Source: Camelus dromedarius
Taxonomy: Eukaryota
NCBI RefSeq assembly: GCF_036321535.1
Contig: NC_087436.1
Coordinates: forward strand, 110,920,001 to 110,984,000
Direction: 5' to 3'
DNA length: 64,000 bases
The position numbers were made by a program, and so were the translations under genes. The notes under the pieces are model-generated. The model saw only the letters and a list, made by a program, of their open reading frames with translations. It did not search any database and was not told where the DNA came from. Positions 23,795 through 37,625 of the stretch are shown piece after piece. The number at the start of each line of letters is the position of its first letter. The stretch's first letter is position 1.

Positions 23795-25089
23795 TGGTCA
23801 TTACTTTATAAAAATCCTTTTGAAATTCTTTTATAGTAATTTACAATTTCAAAAAGAAAGGATGAGGTGCTTCTATTCAGGAAATGCTTTCATGTTTACA
23901 AAAGTATTTTAAATTGCTTTTCAGACTAATTTATAGCACTTTTTATTTGCACTAAAAACAACAAACGAGAAGCACCAAGTATTAAAGCAAAAATCCCCAC
24001 AATGTTAACTTACACTGCAATCTGTCAGCCTCCATCCTCCCCCTTCCCATCTCAAAAACTCAAGTAGCTCCCATTTAGAAAAGTTGTAGGGTTTTTTGCA
24101 CCCAGTGTACAGCATATTTTATGTTCAAAGCACAGAGCATTTAATTATTTACGGTATAAGCGTTTTCAACTGAAGTTGCCTCAATGAGAATACATTTATT
24201 TGGCAACAAAATGGATTCTCATAAGTCTTGCCTTTTTCAGACAATAAGATAAGCCAGGAAAATCTTCACCAGACACGCATGATACCTAAACATGGTATTA
24301 GTTGTCAATCTAATGTGGAGTCAAAAGAAAGAATAAGGGCAGATCCAAAGTTAAGACAAAGGAACACGTTAATTTCAATTTTTATTTCCTAACATCTAAA
24401 ATCATGACTGGTTTAGCATTTGATTTTTAATGCGCCTAAAAGATCCATTTTTGAGTTTCTTTTAACTAATTTTTTATGGAATTTTACTTTCTCAAATTAC
24501 AAGATTAATGCATATTTTTAAGAGAATATCAAAATAGTTTAGAGTCATAAGAATGTCACACGTCCAATTTTAAAGAAGCAGATTGAACTGATTTTACATT
24601 ATTACTGTCTTTAAGTGTGAGAAATATGCATATGCATTTTATTAAATTTTTAATAAATGTAACAAACTGTACTACAAACAGTAAAATAATTATTTCCTTC
24701 AATTCTCAGGATTTTTTTTACTTGTGTTGAATACCAGTTTCTCTTTCACAGGAATTATTAATCTTGAAAGGTCAACTATAAATATCTTTTCCTATCATCT
24801 TTGTGGCTGGATAGGCTGGATAAAACCAAGTGTGGCTGCCTAATGAGCATGGTGCTTGTCAGCCTTGATTTTCCTTCTGTGACTAGAGGTGATCAGCAAC
24901 TCGAAATACATTTCCTAGAGCTACTCAGCAACAGGAGCCCAAAGCTTTCTGAGGTGCCTGCTGGTATGGGAAGCTAGCAAGTGAAGGGAAGAGGAAAGGC
25001 AGTGAGCTTTCTGAATCTCCAGAGATGCTCAGAGGACCAGGAAATGTAACAAGCTTCTGCCACATATATAAATAAATTATATTCAAGTA

Positions 25090-25800
25090 GCACATTACTG
25101 TTTATTAAGCATCTTACACACATATCCTCCTCCTTATAGAAGACAGAACAATCTCAGAGGGTCCAGTGACATGGCTGTGGCCACTCAGCTACTGGAGAGG
25201 CTGGAGATGGAATTCTCCTGCCCCAAATCCTGAGCTCATCCAAGTACGCCGTCATAACCCATGGGGTTTAGAGTCCGGCAAACCTATGCTTGAGTTCAGG
25301 TTCTGCCAACTCCCAGTCTTGGGCAAGAAATTAAGACCTCTGTACCTCAGCTTCCTCATCTGTAAAATGGGTCACAGGAGCTTAGAATGCATAGGGTGGT
25401 TGTAAGCATGAAATAATGCATATGAATCCCTTAGCACGTACGGAGCCCGGGGATCTTCCAGTTGTTCTAGTTGTGCAATTGCTGCCACCATTGCTGCCAT
25501 TCTTCTCCAAATGCAGCTGCCAGAGGTGTCCCTGCAGGAAGCGGCATGGTGTGGTGGTTAGGAATACTGAGCCCTCAAGCTAAACCCATCTAGGTTTAAA
25601 TCCTACCACTGCCAAGTAAAAGCCATGTGACTCTAAACAGGTTACTTAACCCCCTGTTATCTATGTTTCCTCTCCTGTAAAATGAAGGCAATGACAATAA
25701 AACCTATTTAGTTTGGCTGTTGAGAGGATTAACAAGGCACATACTGGAATATTTAAAATAATGCCTAATGAATAGAAAGCACTTAATAAATATTAATTTT
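25090..25800. mobile_element. Cluster of MIR fragments
   Basis: Cores 'tctgtacctcagcttcctcatctgtaaaatggg' and 'atgtttcctctcctgtaaaatgaaggcaatgacaataa'. Confidence 0.75.
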
Positions 25801-27009
25801 AATCTATTGTCATTATTATCTTATTAATTTTCAGTAGCTTCCCCCAGGTTCCTGACATTAAACCTATTTTAAAACATTTAAGCATCTATTATGTGTAGAT
25901 TCTAGTGATATATGGAAAGAAAGTGATGAATACATGGAAAGAAAGTGACACTTCCTACCTCCGGTAGGTGTGGTTACAATCTATTTTATTAGCTAGGACA
26001 TAAATGCAAGGCATCATAGTCTAACTGCCAATGAAGGGTAAAGACAAAGGTGAGACCAGAGTCCAGAGGAGAAAATCATTTGAAAACATTAGTCTTCCAT
26101 CTTTGGAAGCAGCTTTGTTATTTATGGCCAACAAAAATACCAAGGGAAAGAGGAAGTGAGATGTAGTGCCAGGACTCTGGGATTTCATGGTCCTGTAAAA
26201 TTTGTTTAAAAATCCAGGGAAATAGGACTTTGTAGCTATTTTTATTTTGTCATGAAGGTTGAAGCATTAAGAAAATTATCTACCTTCTATTCACACACTA
26301 ATTTCTTAAGAAAAAAGATATTTTATTCTAAAAGTAGGTGGAAAGAAAGAACCTCTGAATGAAAAACAATCCTTCTCAAAAAGGAAACCAATGACTGTGT
26401 GTGTGTTGTGTGTGTATTCAGATGCACATATAACACTGCTTCTGTTTCTGATTTCTCTTCAGACTGATGAAAACCTCATCAAAACCTTAAGCAGGTCGAA
26501 TTCACAAACTAGCACTTGGCAATTTCTGGGGAACAGTGCACTGCAGAGTGTAATAGGTGTGGACCAGAGCTACACTGGCAGAGCAAAGACATAGAATTAG
26601 ACCATTTTAATCAAAATGTTTGTTTGGCTTCAGTTACTGAAATAACTTCTTTCCTAAAATTTGCTTCCGCTTCCTGGCTCTGTTTGCTGAGCCTAACAAC
26701 TTTTTCAGATTTAACCTGCCAACAGGCCCAACCCAGGGACCAGGATCCATAACGGGTTAAACTGAAAATCACAAACCAGGCCAGTAAATGGAGATGAATT
26801 GTTAGTGTTCCTAGAAAGAACAGCTCCGTTTTCCAGATTTCCTGAGGAAGGAGCTGCATAAAGTGGCTTATTTGATTTTGCAGACGGAAGCAGGTAGCAC
26901 GAATCTAGCAGGAAACAGAGCCCTCAAGAGAATATTCAGAGAATGTTTAAAAGGAAGCATTTTAGAAAATTTTTAAATAACTATTTCAAACAAAGTTAGA
27001 GATATTATG

Positions 27010-27210
27010 TGGAGGGAAGAGCACAGTCCGTGAATCCCTGCACTACCACTTACTAGTTACATCTTGGGCAACCCTCTCAACCTCTCTGAGCCTCAGTTTT
27101 CTCATCTACAAAATGGGGAGAAGGATAATATAACTTGGCAGGGTTAACGATTAAATTACAATAAATTATAATGTATATACATTGCCTGGCTATTATTAGG
27201 TATTCAAAAT
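27010..27210 (+). mobile_element. MIR SINE
   Basis: 'aacctctctgagcctcagttttctcatctacaaaatgggg'. Confidence 0.85.
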
Positions 27211-27264
27211 GAATACCCATGACAGTTATGGTTAGAATACTTACTCAAATGAGGACCACTAATT

Positions 27265-27600
27265 TTTTAAATTCACTCAGCAAACATATATTGGGCATTT
27301 GCAGGGTCAGGCAAGTCTTTGAATCGAAGGTCCTCAAAGTCCAGTGGAAGAGATAAGGAACAGAGAAATAGTGCAGTAGATTTTGACTGATTCTACAATT
27401 AAAAAAACATAGATAAGGTACAGTGGACCAAGGCACAGAGCAATCAAATGCCTAGAGAGGAGCCCAGGGAGAACAAAGTGCTTGAACTATGTCTTGGAAG
27501 GTACACAGGAGCTCATCTGGTGGAGAAGGCAAGGAACGGCCTTTCAGGCTGGGGGAACCACATATGGAAATCTGAAACCTCCTGGTGTGCTCAGGGAACC
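27265..27600 (-). mobile_element. L2 remnant
   Basis: 'attcactcagcaaacatatattgggcatttgcagggtcaggc' is the reverse of the L2 3' end. Confidence 0.65.
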
Positions 27601-28519
27601 ATAAATAATCACTTTCTAGAAACCTCCAAACATTTAATGTGTTATGAGGATTTAAATAGGATACTCATGCCATTTTATCAAATACAGAAGAACCTCACAT
27701 TTCAGTAAATGTGGCCATAAAGCAACTGGCAAGTCGCTCCTGTCCTCCACTTAGCATCCCCACCAGGCAACTCGGGCAACTCTGAAGGGTTAGTTCTCTT
27801 CTGCGAGGAGAGGGGTGGTGTCAAAAATGATTCTTCCTCCAACATTCAGGAATTTTTCAGTTTAGTGTATGATGCACCTTTTGACTGTAATAACTGATTT
27901 CCTATACAATCTATTAAATGAAAAACATGTTTTTCTTTCTTCCTCTGCACAATAACTGGAATCATACTTTTAAAAATGTATAGTACTTTTTTGTAAACAT
28001 TGCAGCAACAACACACCACAATTTTCATGACTAAATTTTTAAGAGCACATTTATCATCATGGAAGGAATTTATTTGTAAACTAAGAACACCAATTATTTA
28101 ACGCCAAAATAGCACATGGGCTTCGTGCATAGATTTCTGTCAGACCGTAGATAGTCTAGCTAACATCGACTTTTGACTAAGTTCTTCAATGTTTTCTTAA
28201 TGTTTTAAAGAATAACACCCTAACCATTGCTGAATCAAAATCTTGAGTTACAATAAATCTATTTTAGACTCTATTAACCTTGGGAAAATCAACTATTTGC
28301 CACAGGGGAAAAAACACCACACCCAAGAGTAAACTTAAATTGTCGGACACCAAAGGACATGCATTGCTCTCAGCATGCTGTTGAGATGACCCTTAGAGAG
28401 TCAAGATGGAATCATGACTTCAGAGCCATCAGCTAGAAAAGCACCTTCATTTCTGACATTGGGAAATTGCGGTCCTTGAAACTGGCACTGTGGCTTATTC
28501 GCCTACAGAGCTATATCGG

Positions 28520-29000
28520 TCAGGACTAAAAGCCCAGCCCAAACAAGCTTGAGGAGAAAAAGGTTTTTCATTGAACTAAAAGTCCAAAGGTAAGACAGAC
28601 TTTGAGGTGTGGCTTGATGTAGGTGCTTACCGACATCAGTGGTGTTACCGGCACATGGTTTCTTTTCCCTCCTTATCTGGCATTGCCTTCTGCTCTCCTG
28701 GCTTTCATCCAGGACTCCATGCGGTGGTAAGCAGCTTCAGTTCCACCTCCTCCCAACACCAAACCTAGAGGAAAAGAGGATCCGTTTCCCACAGCTCTCC
28801 CCAAAAGTCTAGGATTCCTTCTGATGAACCCAGGTCAGGCACTTGTCTACTCTGAATTCATCTCATCACTGCGTCCAGACAATGGAAATGCTATTGTCTT
28901 AGGTCTGCAGGACAAGAAACGGCCATGAAACTACAGGTAGGGTCCCATCTGGTCCAAATAGATAGAAGACAGGGAAGGCAAAACTCCACAGTGAAACTCA
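28520..29000 (-). mobile_element. Old MLT1K/L-like LTR
   Basis: 'aactaaaagtccaaaggtaagacagactttgaggtgtggcttgatgtagg' and 'aaaagtctaggattccttctgatg'. Confidence 0.55.
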
Positions 29001-31414
29001 GAAATTATTGCTGAAAGAGAGGGGAAGGGATTCTAGAGAGGCACATTTAGTGCCTATTTAGTCCTATTTCTCCTCCTTACTTCGCGCCACCTAGGGAAAA
29101 TCAATTATTTGAGTTTTAGTTTCCTAATCTGTAATTGGGTGGTCATCTCACACTCAGCCACATCACAGGGCAAATTTGAAGATCGGAAGAACACGATATA
29201 AAAGCTCTCTCTACATATGGTAAAAAAAAATTAACATAAAAGAATGAGATTTAAATATGCACGTGTATACACACAGCCCTATGGTATAAATGTGGGAATT
29301 TTTGCAAAGATACTTTAGATGATAAGCAAACCAAATTAATGACCTAGTCTTTATAGTCATGAATCAGCCTTCACACACCTTTACTTAGGTGTAACTCATG
29401 TGGAGAATACATGAGATTTTAAATAGGAAAAGCCTAAGAGTACTGCATTTTTTTCTCACAAAGCATAACTCTCAATTCTAAATGTTATCTATTTCAAAAG
29501 GAATGTAACTGCTCGTGGGAGTCAGGAAACATTCCCAAAGGAAAGGACTTTAGAGCGACAGCGAGTAGTCTTCTAGGTAACAGCCAGACTTGAGTATATT
29601 TTTATTCTCCAAACCTGAGTGAACTATAAACTTCTTCCCACCTCAGTAATCACAGGCAAAAGGCATTATTCAGAGAATCTATTCACTTTGTCATTTCCGG
29701 CATCGCTTAGATTTGTACAATAGCAAGACAGAACAGAAGGAACTAATGCAATAAATATGTAGTAGTTAAATTCTAATTGATGATGAAAAATTAAACTGTA
29801 ACCAAATGACGTTGCTCTATACTAAGGAAAAACATTTTGAAACCAAGTAGCAATTAGTCCAGCAGAGAAGCCAACATGGAAATAAAAGGACAATTCCAAA
29901 GCAAAACGACACCACACACACAAAAATAACTGCAAGAAATAGATCCTATCCAGGTCAGGTCACAGGACCTCCACCAACCTCCTTCAAAAGAAAGCTGCTT
30001 GAAGACAAGGACCACAGCTTAGTTATCCTTACAGACACAATAATTAGCATAGCACAGCTTCCATCACATAGTAGGTGTTTAATAATTATTTTTTAAAATA
30101 TATCTGACTTCAGTGAGCACAGCCGAAACGAAATAGAAGACACTGAGTTACCCCTTCTGACAAAGGCACTGCCTGCCAACGAGCAAGCACCCTGAAGATA
30201 ATTTAGAAGCAGACCCAGACCCATTCTGGCCTGACTGATGGATCGATCTGTTACCTATCTACCATCTGTTTATCTATATCTAAGTTATCTTTGTACTACT
30301 TGCAGTGTTCTGAGTATATTTATACATGCTTAATCAAGTAAGTATAGTTCATTCCTTGCTGTCCATTCTACATTTCTCAATCTTTCGTCTTTCAAAGACC
30401 TGAGTTTTAAAGGGGGCCCTTTAAAGTTATTGTTAAAGAGAGAAAGCAGAATCCAGTGGAACAAACCCATGTTTGTAGTTAAGGTTCTATTACTTGCTTT
30501 GCGCAGAAGTGATAAGCAGTTTACTTACGAATTATTTATGAATATTTATTATTTGTGAATGATAATGCTATTTGGCTCAACAACATCTTACAGGACATGC
30601 AAAATAGTCATAGTACATTAGGATAGATTTTAGAGCTAGTCACCTAAGCCACACATTTAGAAAAAAGTTGCCTCTTCCTGATTTGTACGTGTGGTGTCCC
30701 TCTAAGCACATGAGCTCCAAAACCTGAGATACTCAGTCTCCTAGAATTCCATGTGCCTCTGGGCTGAATTCCACAGAGACACTGCCTCATTCTGTTTGGA
30801 GGGTCTCAGTACGTAGCAGTAAAGGGAAGATACACTTAAGGAGGGTATCTTAACAGAGCTTTTTAACTTGGAGACTGAGCCAGAATCCAGAATCATCTTG
30901 CTGGCTTTCCACCCATTGCCCCAGCCTCTCTGACATCCAAATAAAGCCAGCATGGACTTGATCACAAGTCAGAAGTCTACTGTGATCCCTTTTGGGGCTC
31001 TTCTAGAGCCTTAATACCAGACTGGTAAATGGAACGAGTAGTATGGAGTCTTGAAGCCACAGATCCTGCAACAGCAAAGCTACAACCACCGTCTTCAGGG
31101 GAGCAGCTCAACCACCTTTACCTCCATACTTCTGCAAGCCATGCATCACCAAGCCTCTGGTTCTAAACTCACCACTGTCATCACTTTGGCAGTTTGGAAG
31201 ATGGCAGATTCTGGGTTCTAATCCCAGAACTGTCCAGCTGGCTTTTGTGCACTAAATGTCCTCTTCTATAAAATGAGGACTTTGTGTAGATAATCTCTAA
31301 AGTCTACAAGCCCAAAGCTGTCCTCATGTCTTGTAAATGTCAGGTTGGAGAAAGCTTAAGGGTGGTTAGTCTTAAAAAAGTAAACTTTTTGACTGGGATA
31401 AGGCTATGAATGTT

Positions 31415-31640
31415 GATAATAGCTAACATTTTTTGATGCTTATTATGGACCAGGCACCGTCCTAAGCACTTCACATATTTTGTCTTGTTTAATTTTGAGT
31501 CCATATAAGGTAGGTCCTACTGTTACCCTCATTTCACAGGTTAGGAAACTGAGGCACAGAAATATTAAGCAATTTACCCACAGTCACGCAGCTGATGGGC
31601 CTGGGATCGAAGCACCAGACATCTTTGTACAGAGCTTATA
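31415..31640 (-). mobile_element. MIR SINE
   Basis: 'ctcatttcacaggttaggaaactgaggcacagaaatattaagcaatttacccacagtcacgcagct'. Confidence 0.85.
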
Positions 31641-31719
31641 CTTCCGATTACTATTCCTTACTGTCTCTTAAGCTTCTACATCTGTTGATACTTTTCCCTC
31701 AGCCCAGAATATTTATGGA

Positions 31720-32252
31720 ATATTTATTGAAATATTTATTGAATGTTCTAAGAACTATTCCCGAAAATGGAATCACAGTGGAGAAAAAGAAAGACAAGGT
31801 TCCTTCCCTCACAGAACTTACCTCTAATGGCAGATACAGGTGAGAAAGCAAGTACACACTGAACAATTGGATATGATACAGAGTTTTAGTCATTATTCAC
31901 ATTACATTGTACCATGGACTTACTAATTACTGGTTGTTTTTGTTGTTGTTGTTGTTGTTTATTATTAATAGACTATACCATGAAAGCAAATACAGGAGAC
32001 ATTTATCTCAGATTCAGGTAGTCAGGGAAAGCTAAGTGACTTCTAAAGTGACTTGTGGAGGATGCATGTTTAACCAGACAGAGAACAGTACTGGTGGATG
32101 CCCTGGAGTAAGGGAGAGCACAGCAGAGTTAAAGAGCTGAAAGAAACTGAATAAGGCTCAGGCAAAGAAAGCAAGGGAAGAAAGTGGTAAGAGGCTGAGT
32201 TGGGGAAGTTAGCAGAAGATAAATCATAAATAGCTATATTAAGAAATTTGGA
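31720..32252 (-). mobile_element. L2 remnant, resuming at ~33663 after the hAT insertion
   Basis: 'aaatatttattgaatgttcta...gacaaggtttccttccctcacagaacttac' and 'aagaaatttgga|...|cattattcc'. Confidence 0.65.
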
Positions 32253-33662
32253 CAAAGGCAGAATTGCCTTAAAGCTAATGAAACTTAAGCTTCAAGCCCT
32301 CCACTTCCATGGAACCCTTCCAAGGCCCTGGAGGGGCCCTAGCAAGGGGGTCATATAGTCACCGTCTTTTGAAAATTTTACAAAAGAGAGATACTTTCAC
32401 TGAAATTGGTAAAGACAGCCGTCTGTTGCACTCATCAAGCTTCCTGCTTTGTCAGCTGGCTGGAGCGGCGGTGGCACTTGGGGAATCTAACTACAGGAAG
32501 TAGAGTTGACTATATATTTTAGCTTGAGTTTAGCGTTCACAATCATTTCCAAATATGGTGAATCTACTGCAAGCCATCTCAGAGTAAGAAAGGCTTTTTT
32601 TTTTTTAATGAGAATAGAATATTTGATAATGTTCAAATGCACAGTTTTTATTGCCATTTTGAAAGACATATCCATAAACAAGTTAGGAATTAAAGACTCC
32701 TAACTTGAGTGCATGTATAGGTATCTTCTTTTATCACTTTAAATTTATTTTTTCGATAACTAATACATTACAGATTAAAATAGCAAAATATGAAATGGAA
32801 GCAGTAGAGATTAGGGATGAAGTCAATAAAAAGTATTTTAAATTGAAAAACAAATTGTAACAAAAAGCTTTCAGATCATACCAAATGAAATGATTCATTA
32901 AGAGGAGGAAATAAATTTTGAACAGAAGTAACAAATAAGCACCTGGATATTCTGATAATCCAATTAACACAGAGGAGTGAGTCATATGGACACATTGGGA
33001 GAAGACTTCAAATTCTTGCTAATTTGACATGAAATACTTACGTCAACAAAGATAACAGCTAACTCTTAATACTCCACTGCAGAGCGGACATCAATGACTA
33101 ATTGTTTAATGTGTGCCATCAGCCCTACTGGTACTGAAGATTAGTTACTGAACAAGAAAATTTGAAATGCCCTTACAATGCATATTTGGAAGAAATTTAA
33201 TAGACATTTCACCAAATTTAACAATAATCTTAAGTCTTCACATGGCATATTAATAATGAGTTGTGAAGCTTTTCTAAAAAGAAAAATTTTCTAAAACAGA
33301 CAATAATGTTAAAATATCAAATTTTGATTACCATGTTAAAGAAAACATTGAATTACCAACCTGCACTCTATAGATTTTACAAAATCACTCATATGAGAGC
33401 ATGATCAAAACATATATATAAAATGAAGAAAAGAAGGTATTCCAGTGGTGTGGCATTTAGATAATTAATACAAATAAAATACTATTTTTCTCAATTTTAG
33501 AATATTTGTGGTATCTATCAGATCCTGTAAATGTATACTTCATTGTGTTTTTTCCCTCATTCTTAAATATTCATTCTATTCTTACTTTTTATATTGATAA
33601 TCTTGTGCTGTTTTCCATAAAGGAGGCACCCCAGATTGTATAAACACTGAAATCTGCCCCTG
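32253..33662 (+). mobile_element. Arthur1/MER69-like hAT-Tip100 non-autonomous DNA transposon
   Basis: 5' end 'caaaggcagaattgccttaaagctaatgaaacttaagcttcaagccc', 3' end 'gaaatctgcccctg', and 8-bp TSD aatttgga/agtttgga (32245-32252 and 33663-33670). Confidence 0.8.
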
Positions 33663-35399
33663 AGTTTGGACATTATTCCAAGACATTGTCTTCCTCTTCC
33701 ACTCAGTCTGTTTATACTTTAGTTTGGGCTCCACCCAAATGCCACCTTTACCATAGTTCTTTGTGTTGATGTCTGTTTTCACAAAGGAAAGAAGGAACTA
33801 AAATATTTTAAGCAACTGTTGTCTGCTGGACATCATATTCGGTGCTTTATAACATTACCTCATTTAATTACAGACCTTTCTTGAAGGCAGCACAATTATT
33901 TTCCATCATATTTCCCAAAATCAAAAATAAACACGTTATAATAATTTCTGCTCTCTATGAATGCTATGGTGCTAACTGCTTATCTTAAGTCCTTCATAAG
34001 TGTGTTGGTTAAAAATAACACTTAACCTTTCAGGTGACCCATTTGAAACTCGGACATAGCTCCCCAAAATGTAGCTTCAGGTTAACTGTGGGTTTTTTGC
34101 CCATAAAACACTGTCCTTTCAAATGTTACAGTTGCATGGGCAAACTGTTCACTTACACCCGAGTTAACCCATGCCTGTAAATGCATTTAAACTCTTAGGA
34201 TTTTGGTACACTCTGTTTTCTGTTCCTCACCCAGCCTGAATATATCTCCTTCCAGCTCATGATAGTCAGTTCTTAACATCCCCACTGAGAATGACACTCT
34301 AATCCTCCGGGATTAAGCAACCACTGCTGCTGGTCTTAGGCATTACATTGTTAATCCATTAGCATTTACAATTCGAAAAACGAGGAAATAATTCTATTGC
34401 ACATAATTTAGGATGGCAAAATCAGATCAATTAAGGCTGCCAACATATGATTTAATTAACACAACCATTGTATGCAGGGTATTGCAGCACATATGGTATG
34501 ATATGTAAAACCAAACAATGTTTTTTATAACGTGTGAATATAGATATTATAAAGGGAAAGTAGAGATCTCCTTAGTTCTGCCTTGGGCTGTGTTTTTAGC
34601 ATGACCCTGACTGTATTAAGTGTCAATTTCCTATATGATGATGAAATTGTCTATTGAAATAGAAAGTTATAACCAGCGTTTTTTTTTACTTTGTATGTCA
34701 GGTTCTTAATAGTTTCCTAAATAACAAGGAACACTCATAGTCAGTTGGCATTTTCCAGTGTTTTAATTGCCTGCTGTGATATAATTATTGTGACATTTTG
34801 GGATGTTTTTAACATCCTGAATTAAATATTCTGACATCCCACAGAGCACTTCATGAAAACAGTCAAACTGTATTCAAGTCATTAGCAGTCTACAGCTGTC
34901 CTTTAATATTAAAATTATTTTCCAACACAAAACACAGATGAAAATTAAAGTATTTAACAACTTTGAGCTCGGGTTAGATTTGAGTTCTGTATTACCCTAA
35001 TTTGTCAGGTAAGGAAGATCAAGGTGACTCTGAGATTCTTCCATTAAACTTTATCTGAAGCACCAAGTGAATTAGGGTCACCTCGTGATAAAAGATAATG
35101 AACAAAATGTACTGATTTCAAAAGTACAATTAGCGCCAGATTACATAGCCACAAATTCTGCATTAAGGCTAATCACATCTCTTTACTGTCCTGGACAACT
35201 GGCTTGCTTTGTACTATTCATGTATTTATTTATCTATCCATTGATCTGTTTATTTGTTTCATATAATATATTCAAATAAAATCTGACAGATAATGGATAT
35301 ATTTTGAATAACAGACCCTGTGGCGAGGTCCTAATGGATTTCCAAAGGGAAGGCCTGCCTGGATGGCTGAGTGATTAGAACAGGGATCACTCACCAACT

Positions 35400-36915
35400 T
35401 CACCTGGATGTTTTATAAGCATCTCAGAAACAGCACATCTGGAACCTCTTCCTTGATTCCCTCACCTTCTCCTCCCAGAGTCTCCCCCATCTCAGGAATG
35501 GCAACACCTCACTTTCACTTGCTCAGGATCACAAACTTGGTTTTACCACTGATTGTTTTCTTGCTCTCACACATAAAAAGCCAAACCATCAGAGAATTCT
35601 ATGGGCTAAAATTCAAAATATACCCAAAGTCTAACCTCCTCCTCTGCTTCTCAGTTCAAGCCACTATTACCTTTTTTTTAATTTGGTAAAATAGACATAA
35701 AATTTGCCATGTTAACTATTTTTATGCACACAATTCTGTGGAACAAAGTACATTCACAATGTTATATAACTATCACCATTATTCATTTCCAGAACTTTTT
35801 CATCACCCCAAACAGAAGTGCTGTACCCATAAACAATAATTTCCCAGCTCCCATCTCCCTCCACCAGCCCCTGGTAACCTCTATCCCACTATCTCTCTAT
35901 ATGAATCTGATTCTCCCAGGTACTTCATATAAGTGAAATCATACAATGAAATCATACAATATTTGTCCTTTTATGTCTGCCTCATTTCACTTAGCATTTT
36001 TTAAAGTCTTACCCATGTTGTAGCATGTATCAAATTTTTATTTTCCATTTTAAGGCTGAATAATATTCCATTGTATGTCTATAGCACATTTTGTTTATTC
36101 ATTTATCTGTTGATGGTTGTTTCAACACTTTGGCTATTGTGAACAATGCTGTGATGAAAATGGGTGTACAGGTATCTGTTTGCATCCTACTTTTGATTAT
36201 TTTAGATATATGTTTAGAAGTGGACGTGCTGGATCACATGGTAATCCACAATCATTGCTGATCGAACACTAGCATTCGAACTGGGCTCTCTGTATTCACC
36301 CTGCAACCCCACAGTCCATTACCCCACAGCAGTCAGGGCCACCCTTTTACAGCTTAAATCACATCATGACATTCCTCTGCTCAGAGTGCTCCAGTGTTGT
36401 CTCATGTCTGAATAAAATCCAAAGCCTTTCCTTTGCCCTTGAGACTCTGTGATCTGACCCCTGCATACCTCTCTGATCTAGCATCCTGACACTTTTTACT
36501 CTAGTACCGTTGACCTCCCTTCAATTCCTCAAACCTGACAAGCACATTTTTGCCTCAGGACTTTTCCACGGACTGCTTCCTCGGTCTAGATAACCAGACA
36601 ATCACATGGGTTCATCTCCCATTTCTTTGAGGTCTCTGCTCAGATCGTCTTACCAGAACTACCTTCTTTATCTCCCTGTCTAATGTAGACCACAAGTACA
36701 CACACACACACACACCAATCATTCTCAGTCTTCCTAACCTGCTAAATTTTATTCATAGACTTTGTTACACTTGAGACACCATTTCTTTATTTATTAATTG
36801 ACTGCCTTAGTTCACTCAAATGTAAAATCCCCAAGGCCAAGGACATCCTATTGTTTGTTGCTGTGTTCCAAGAGCCTAGATGGATGCTCAGCACAGATAG
36901 ATGCTCAGTAACTGT
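35400..36915 (+). mobile_element. L2 remnant interrupted by an antisense L1 3' end
   Basis: L2 motifs 'tcctcccagagtctcccccatctcaggaatggcaacacc' and terminal 'gctcagcacagatagatgctcagtaa'. Confidence 0.75.
35672..36246 (-). mobile_element. L1MB/MA-like 3' end
   Basis: 'aaatttgccatgttaactatttttatgcacacaattc...cagcccctggtaacctctatcccactatctctc...gctggatcacatggtaat'. Confidence 0.85.
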
Positions 36916-37099
36916 GGCCGATGCTTCTGTGCTCATTGCCCTACCCTCCGACCTGAAAAGTAGCTTTGAGTTACATTTGGAGAGTCCTGAACATCTGTGA
37001 GCCTGGCCATTTGCAGTCAATAAAGACTCATTAAAGACTCTGATCTTCCTCAGCTTGACTTTTCTTTCCTTGGGAGGGATGTGGGGAAAAGAGGGACAG

Positions 37100-37625
37100 G
37101 ACAATTTTTTTTTCAGAACTTATTGAATCTTATTATAACACATGATCTGTCCCTTCTAAAAAATGTAGGGAAGATCTCAAAGGAGAAATTAAAAATCATC
37201 TATAACACCCTCATCAAAGGGCAATGATTACATATCATTTCATGCATATCCTTCCAGTCTTTTTTCTATTCATAGTAATTTTTTCTAGTAATAGCATCAA
37301 ATATATATTTTTATATCTTACTTTTTCATAAAATATTATAGGTCACATATATTATAAAATAAAACACAGGTGTTCTTCTGCAGTGATCATCCCAGATGTT
37401 TGGGTAATATCCATTGCGTACAAGTACCATAATTCAGCCCAGTATATTGAGCATTTAAATGGTTTCTGAGTTTTCCTGTATTATCAGCAATGTGGCATCT
37501 TTAAAGCTAACCCCTGTGGGCTGCTATGAAAATGCCCTTATGATAAATCCCGAAAGTGGAATTTTGAGGACAGTGGCTATGCAGAGTTTTAAAGATTTTC
37601 ATACGTACAGTCACTTTACACTCTC
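37100..37625 (-). mobile_element. Old L1ME-like remnant
   Basis: 'catttcatgcatatccttccagtcttttttctat' and 'gataaatcccgaaagtggaatt'. Confidence 0.55.
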
